A stretch of DNA of 64,000 nucleotides from positions 16,850 through 80,849 of the forward strand of contig JBFIJL010000002.1 of assembly GCA_041600755.1 (NCBI GenBank), read 5' to 3'. The DNA is from Candidatus Saccharimonadales bacterium (GTDB lineage: Bacteria; Patescibacteriota; Saccharimonadia; Saccharimonadales; JAXHNE01). This document shows, in pieces, positions 60,234 through 64,000 of the stretch; position 1 is the stretch's first letter; each line of letters opens with the position of its first letter. A program made the position numbers and the translations under genes. A model generated the notes under the pieces. The model was not told the origin of the DNA. It did no database searches and saw only the letters and a list, made by a program, of their open reading frames with translations.

Positions 60234-60872
60234 ATGAATCCAGCAGAGACCGAAGAAGCGTTTGAAGACATAGACCGCGTTCCAATAAGCGTACTCGATC
60301 ACATGAGTGATTATTGGAGACAAATTGCTGAGCGAAAAATACGCCAGCATGACGTAAGTATTCGTCGCATATTATTCGGACAACTCCTGACAATTATTTT
60401 CGTGGCAGCCAGCAGCCTGTTGATAGAATCCCGTGCTGAAGCATTCTTACTGGTTGGAACAACACTACTTTTGTATCCATCCCTAACGGATATACTGATG
60501 TCTAGCGGATCCGTGCTAGCTGCAAATATCCATCATGACCTCGAACGCCAAGATGAATCGCCATTTAGATATAGCTTGTTCGCCCTGATTCGTTCAATAT
60601 TCGGTACAATTTGCGCAAGCATCCTGGTGGGCGCAGTCGCCTCAAGTATTGGCTACTTTGCACTCGGCATTAGCTTTTTGGTGACCATGAAGCTGGCAAT
60701 TATTGCCACTTCAATCGCAGCGACTCTGGGGCTGCCAATTATTTTAATTACTACGCATGTCGTCAGAAACCATAAATCTAACCCAGATGAAATTGTGCCA
60801 GCACTAGAAAGCAGTTTGTTTAATGTCGTAATGCTGTTTGCGATTGCAATTGGCTCAAGGTTTATAACATGA
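60234..60872 (+). CDS. MgtE-like divalent cation transporter TM-domain protein
   Basis: Five TM segments. LLLYPSLTDILMSSGSVLAANIHHDL and a C-terminal NPDEIVPALESSLFNV resemble the SLC41/MgtE TM-domain family. Confidence 0.55.
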   Translation: MNPAETEEAFEDIDRVPISVLDHMSDYWRQIAERKIRQHDVSIRRILFGQLLTIIFVAASSLLIESRAEAFLLVGTTLLLYPSLTDILMSSGSVLAANIHHDLERQDESPFRYSLFALIRSIFGTICASILVGAVASSIGYFALGISFLVTMKLAIIATSIAATLGLPIILITTHVVRNHKSNPDEIVPALESSLFNVVMLFAIAIGSRFIT

Positions 60873-61405
60873 AGACCATAACACCACATAATCGACTACT
60901 GGCTGGAATACTATTGTCCAGCTTGTTGGCATCGATTGGACTGCTTGGTGGCCTTGGGCTGCAACTAGTAAAAAGAGATATCTTGGAATTTTTGCCACTT
61001 TTGATTGCTCTACCTGCAATGAACGCTATAGCCGGCAATTATGCTGCTCTTACTGCTGCCCATCTGTCTGACCCAGAGAACTATCGCAAGAGAACTCAGA
61101 AACTTATCCTTGCACTGTTGGTTAGCATTCCGGTTTGCGGCGTTGCGATTGCTGGCATGAGTCTTGGTGTTGCGCATCTTCAGGGCTTTGACGTATCTAA
61201 AGCTTTGGCAATTGAATATTCACGTCAAATCTGTTTAACCTTGCTAGTTGTCATAACCCTACTTTTTGTGATCATATTTTGCAGTAAAGCGATATTGACC
61301 AAAAAAGGCTTTAACGTGGATGATACCTTGATTCCGATTGCCAACACCATTGCATCAGTTCTAATGCTGCTTGGTTTTGCTCTTCTGGCTGCCAGAGTGC
61401 TATAA
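60869..61405 (+). CDS. MgtE-like divalent cation transporter TM-domain protein (paralogous partner)
   Basis: LIALPAMNAIAGNYAALTAAHLSD and FNVDDTLIPIANTIASV motifs. 4-nt overlap with the upstream paralog. Confidence 0.55.
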   Translation: MKTITPHNRLLAGILLSSLLASIGLLGGLGLQLVKRDILEFLPLLIALPAMNAIAGNYAALTAAHLSDPENYRKRTQKLILALLVSIPVCGVAIAGMSLGVAHLQGFDVSKALAIEYSRQICLTLLVVITLLFVIIFCSKAILTKKGFNVDDTLIPIANTIASVLMLLGFALLAARVL

Positions 61406-61426
61406 ACAGGGTATAATTACAAGTCT

Positions 61427-64000
61427 ATGGATTTCGCCTCAAGCTATACACAATTAAACTACAAACAGCGAGAGGCGGTTGATGAAATTGACGGACCAGT
61501 TCTTGTCGTTGCCGGACCCGGCACAGGCAAGACGCAACTACTAAGTGTTCGAGTTGCAAACATCTTGAGCAAGACCGACACTAGGCCTGAAAATATTTTG
61601 TGCTTAACTTTTACAAACAAAGCTGCCACCAATATGCGCGAACGACTTACTGACATCATTGGCCCAAGCGCGCGCAATGTCATGGTTAAGACATTCCATA
61701 GCTTTTCTGCAGAAATAATGAATCAATACCCTGATTATTTTTGGAATGGCGCCAAGCTCACTGCCGTACCGGATAATGTACAGCTAGACATTATTCAGTC
61801 CATTCTCACTAATCTGCCAATCGACAACCCTCTAGCCATGACATTTGCTGGTAAATTCAGCTCTCTCAAACCTGTAAAAGAGGGGCTTAAGCTGACAAAG
61901 GAAGCTGGGCTTACACCTGCAAAACTACGTGCATTAATAGAAGCAAATATTGCATATATTGATTTGGTCGAGGCCGACATAGTTGAAGCGCTGAGCGGTA
62001 CGGTATATGCAAAGAACCTTGATACGCTCAAAGCTTCAATTGAGGCGCTGCCTAGTCAGCAAATTCACACTGCAATAATGAGACCACTAGATGAAGTACT
62101 TCTAGAGACACTTGAACAAGCCATTGCTCGCGATGAAGGAACTGGCAAGGCCGCTAACACCAGCGCCTGGAAAAGAACATGGGTGAAGTCACTTGAGGGC
62201 CAAAAATGTTTAGCCGATGAACGGAAGCGCAACGCTTGGTGGCTGGCCCTTGCCGACGTCTACGAAACATATCGTGCCGTGCTGCACGACCGAGGGTTTT
62301 ATGACTATTCAGATATGTTGGTGGAGGTCATAGCCCAGCTTGAACAGAACGAAAGCCTGCGCTCCGACGTACAGGAGCGATTTCTGTACGTACTTATTGA
62401 TGAGTTTCAAGATACCAACCCAGCACAAATGCATTTAGCGCACTTAGTTTCTGACCATGAACTCGCAGATGGCAAGCCAAACATAATGGTGGTGGGCGAT
62501 GACGATCAATCAATTTTCAAATTTAACGGCGCAGAGCTCAACAATATGTTGAATTTCCGTCATGAATACCAGGTTAAAAAGCCCATCGTACTAGAGGAAA
62601 ACTATCGATCATCTCAAGCAGTTTTAGATGCTGCGCAAGTTATCATCGAACAGGCTGAAGACAGATTGGTTACTCGCGAGCCAGATATATCTAAAAATTT
62701 AGTTGCACGAAACCAACCAAAACAAGCCGGACGGCTTGAACACCAGCGCTATGAAACCTACGAAGCACAACTTCATGGTGTTGCTGAATACATTCGTAAA
62801 CTTAAAGAGTCGCAGCAGGGAAGTGTAGCCGTTCTAGCACGTGGTCACAAATCACTTGAACAGCTAGCTCATATTCTGGTGAGCTATGACGTACCGATCA
62901 GCTATGAGCGTCAGAGAACTGTAACCGATAATGAAGCTGCGTCGCAAATTATTGAGTTGTCGCGTTTGCTAGTTTCAATCTCCGCGGGTGATCAAAATCA
63001 GGTTAACGCACTACTCAGTACACTGCTACGGCATCCAATGTGGGAAATTAACACCTCTCTGTTATGGCAACTTGCAATAAGTAATCGATCAAAGCCAGAT
63101 TGGTACAAATCTTTACTGACGAGCGAAAATTCACAGCTTCAAGCAATTGGAGATTGGCTAGCCTGGATGGGTAAAGAAGGTGCTTCGCTGCCCCTTACGG
63201 TGACACTAGAGCATCTAATTGGGCTACGAACAAACGGTAACTTCACTTCTCCAGTCAGAGATTACTTTAGTCAAGAGTCCCTAGGAACACAGCGCTATAT
63301 CGAAGGCCTATCGGGCATTCAGCTACTTAGAAAAATGGCTCAAGAATTTGTCATGCATGGAGCTGCTAATCTGCAAGATTTTGTGCGTATGATTACAATC
63401 AGCATTGAAAATAATCAGCTCATTTACGATCAATCACCGTTTATTACAGGCAAGGATGCAGTTGAGCTGCTAAGTGTACACAAATCAAAAGGTCTAGAGT
63501 TTGATTCGGTGATTATTATTGATGCGATAGAAGACAATTGGAAACCGCGGCAAGGGGGGCGCAAGCCGCCTGCAAACCTAAGCTTAAAGCCCTACGGCGA
63601 CAACTACGACGACTATGTTCGACTTCTTTATGTTGCAGCAACGCGCGCCAAGCGTACTCTCATAGCAACCAGTTACTCAAGCGACAGCGTAAGTGAGCCA
63701 GTACTTGCAACGCCATTGATTCATGACGCACTACCAAGCAGAGAAATAATCACTGCAACAGAAGATATTCCGACCATACTAGAGGAAACATTTGCTTGGC
63801 CTGAACTAGCTACAAACAACGAGGAAATATTACTGAGACCAATACTTGATGGCTTCAATATGAATCCTACAGCTCTTTTGCAATTTTTAGATGTAACTAG
63901 TGGCGGCCCGCAAACATTCAAAGAAAGAGCCTTGCTTAGAATTCCAGAAGTTAAGTCAGTGCACCAGTCTTACGGAACCGCAATACATGATGCCCTCGAG
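61427..64000 (+). CDS. UvrD/PcrA/AddA-like superfamily 1 helicase (3' end lies outside the window)
   Basis: Not in the ORF track because no stop codon is reached. Manual translation gives MDFASSYTQLNYKQREAVDEIDGPVLVVAGPGTGKTQ... and later VVGDDDQSIFKFNGA, ENYRSS, and VHKSKGLEFD motifs. Confidence 0.85.
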   Translation, partial: MDFASSYTQLNYKQREAVDEIDGPVLVVAGPGTGKTQLLSVRVANILSKTDTRPENILCLTFTNKAATNMRERLTDIIGPSARNVMVKTFHSFSAEIMNQYPDYFWNGAKLTAVPDNVQLDIIQSILTNLPIDNPLAMTFAGKFSSLKPVKEGLKLTKEAGLTPAKLRALIEANIAYIDLVEADIVEALSGTVYAKNLDTLKASIEALPSQQIHTAIMRPLDEVLLETLEQAIARDEGTGKAANTSAWKRTWVKSLEGQKCLADERKRNAWWLALADVYETYRAVLHDRGFYDYSDMLVEVIAQLEQNESLRSDVQERFLYVLIDEFQDTNPAQMHLAHLVSDHELADGKPNIMVVGDDDQSIFKFNGAELNNMLNFRHEYQVKKPIVLEENYRSSQAVLDAAQVIIEQAEDRLVTREPDISKNLVARNQPKQAGRLEHQRYETYEAQLHGVAEYIRKLKESQQGSVAVLARGHKSLEQLAHILVSYDVPISYERQRTVTDNEAASQIIELSRLLVSISAGDQNQVNALLSTLLRHPMWEINTSLLWQLAISNRSKPDWYKSLLTSENSQLQAIGDWLAWMGKEGASLPLTVTLEHLIGLRTNGNFTSPVRDYFSQESLGTQRYIEGLSGIQLLRKMAQEFVMHGAANLQDFVRMITISIENNQLIYDQSPFITGKDAVELLSVHKSKGLEFDSVIIIDAIEDNWKPRQGGRKPPANLSLKPYGDNYDDYVRLLYVAATRAKRTLIATSYSSDSVSEPVLATPLIHDALPSREIITATEDIPTILEETFAWPELATNNEEILLRPILDGFNMNPTALLQFLDVTSGGPQTFKERALLRIPEVKSVHQSYGTAIHDALE

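Noticed and set aside
1-64000. CRISPR arrays, transposases, integrases, prophage or restriction-modification genes
   Set aside because: I did not see any while reading the six-frame track and the spacers. The tRNA-linked repeats have no associated recombinase.

Overview
Dense, moderately AT-rich bacterial chromosome segment. TGA is a normal stop here: several genes end in ATGA stop/start overlaps. Gene content suggests a small-genome Patescibacteria/CPR organism, possibly Saccharibacteria, but that is inference only. The backbone is housekeeping: rpoA-rplQ-rplM-rpsI, trpS, rluD, holB, a tRNA-Thr/Tyr/Thr cluster, rpmG, secE-nusG, rplK, rplA, rplJ-rplL, dnaX, dnaB, ybaB-recR, cysS, metK with a SAM-I riboswitch, and a partial UvrD-like helicase. 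Accessory content includes a GH15/GH57/glycogen-synthase operon, envelope glycosyltransferases, metal transporters (CDF, ZIP, MgtE-like) and an ABC-2 exporter. Points worth follow-up: (1) the conserved secE-nusG-rplK-rplA-rplJ-rplL order is broken three times by orphan genes. One break is a 2.8-kb block between nusG and rplK that encodes a 591-aa protein with Cys-containing repeats. (2) A compact dCTP-to-dTDP cluster ends in a Tmk-ThyX fusion. (3) A Crp-family regulator is followed by a perfect TGTGA-N6-TCACA box and a locus of secreted proteins sharing a 20-aa Gly/Asn/Thr motif. (4) Many genes start 6-8 nt after a (TGn)TAnAAT box, which suggests widespread leaderless mRNAs. (5) There are several orphan promoter/terminator units and structured leaders, including an sRNA candidate. 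(6) tRNA-Thr and tRNA-Gln carry odd partial duplications. I saw no CRISPR array, transposase or integrase.
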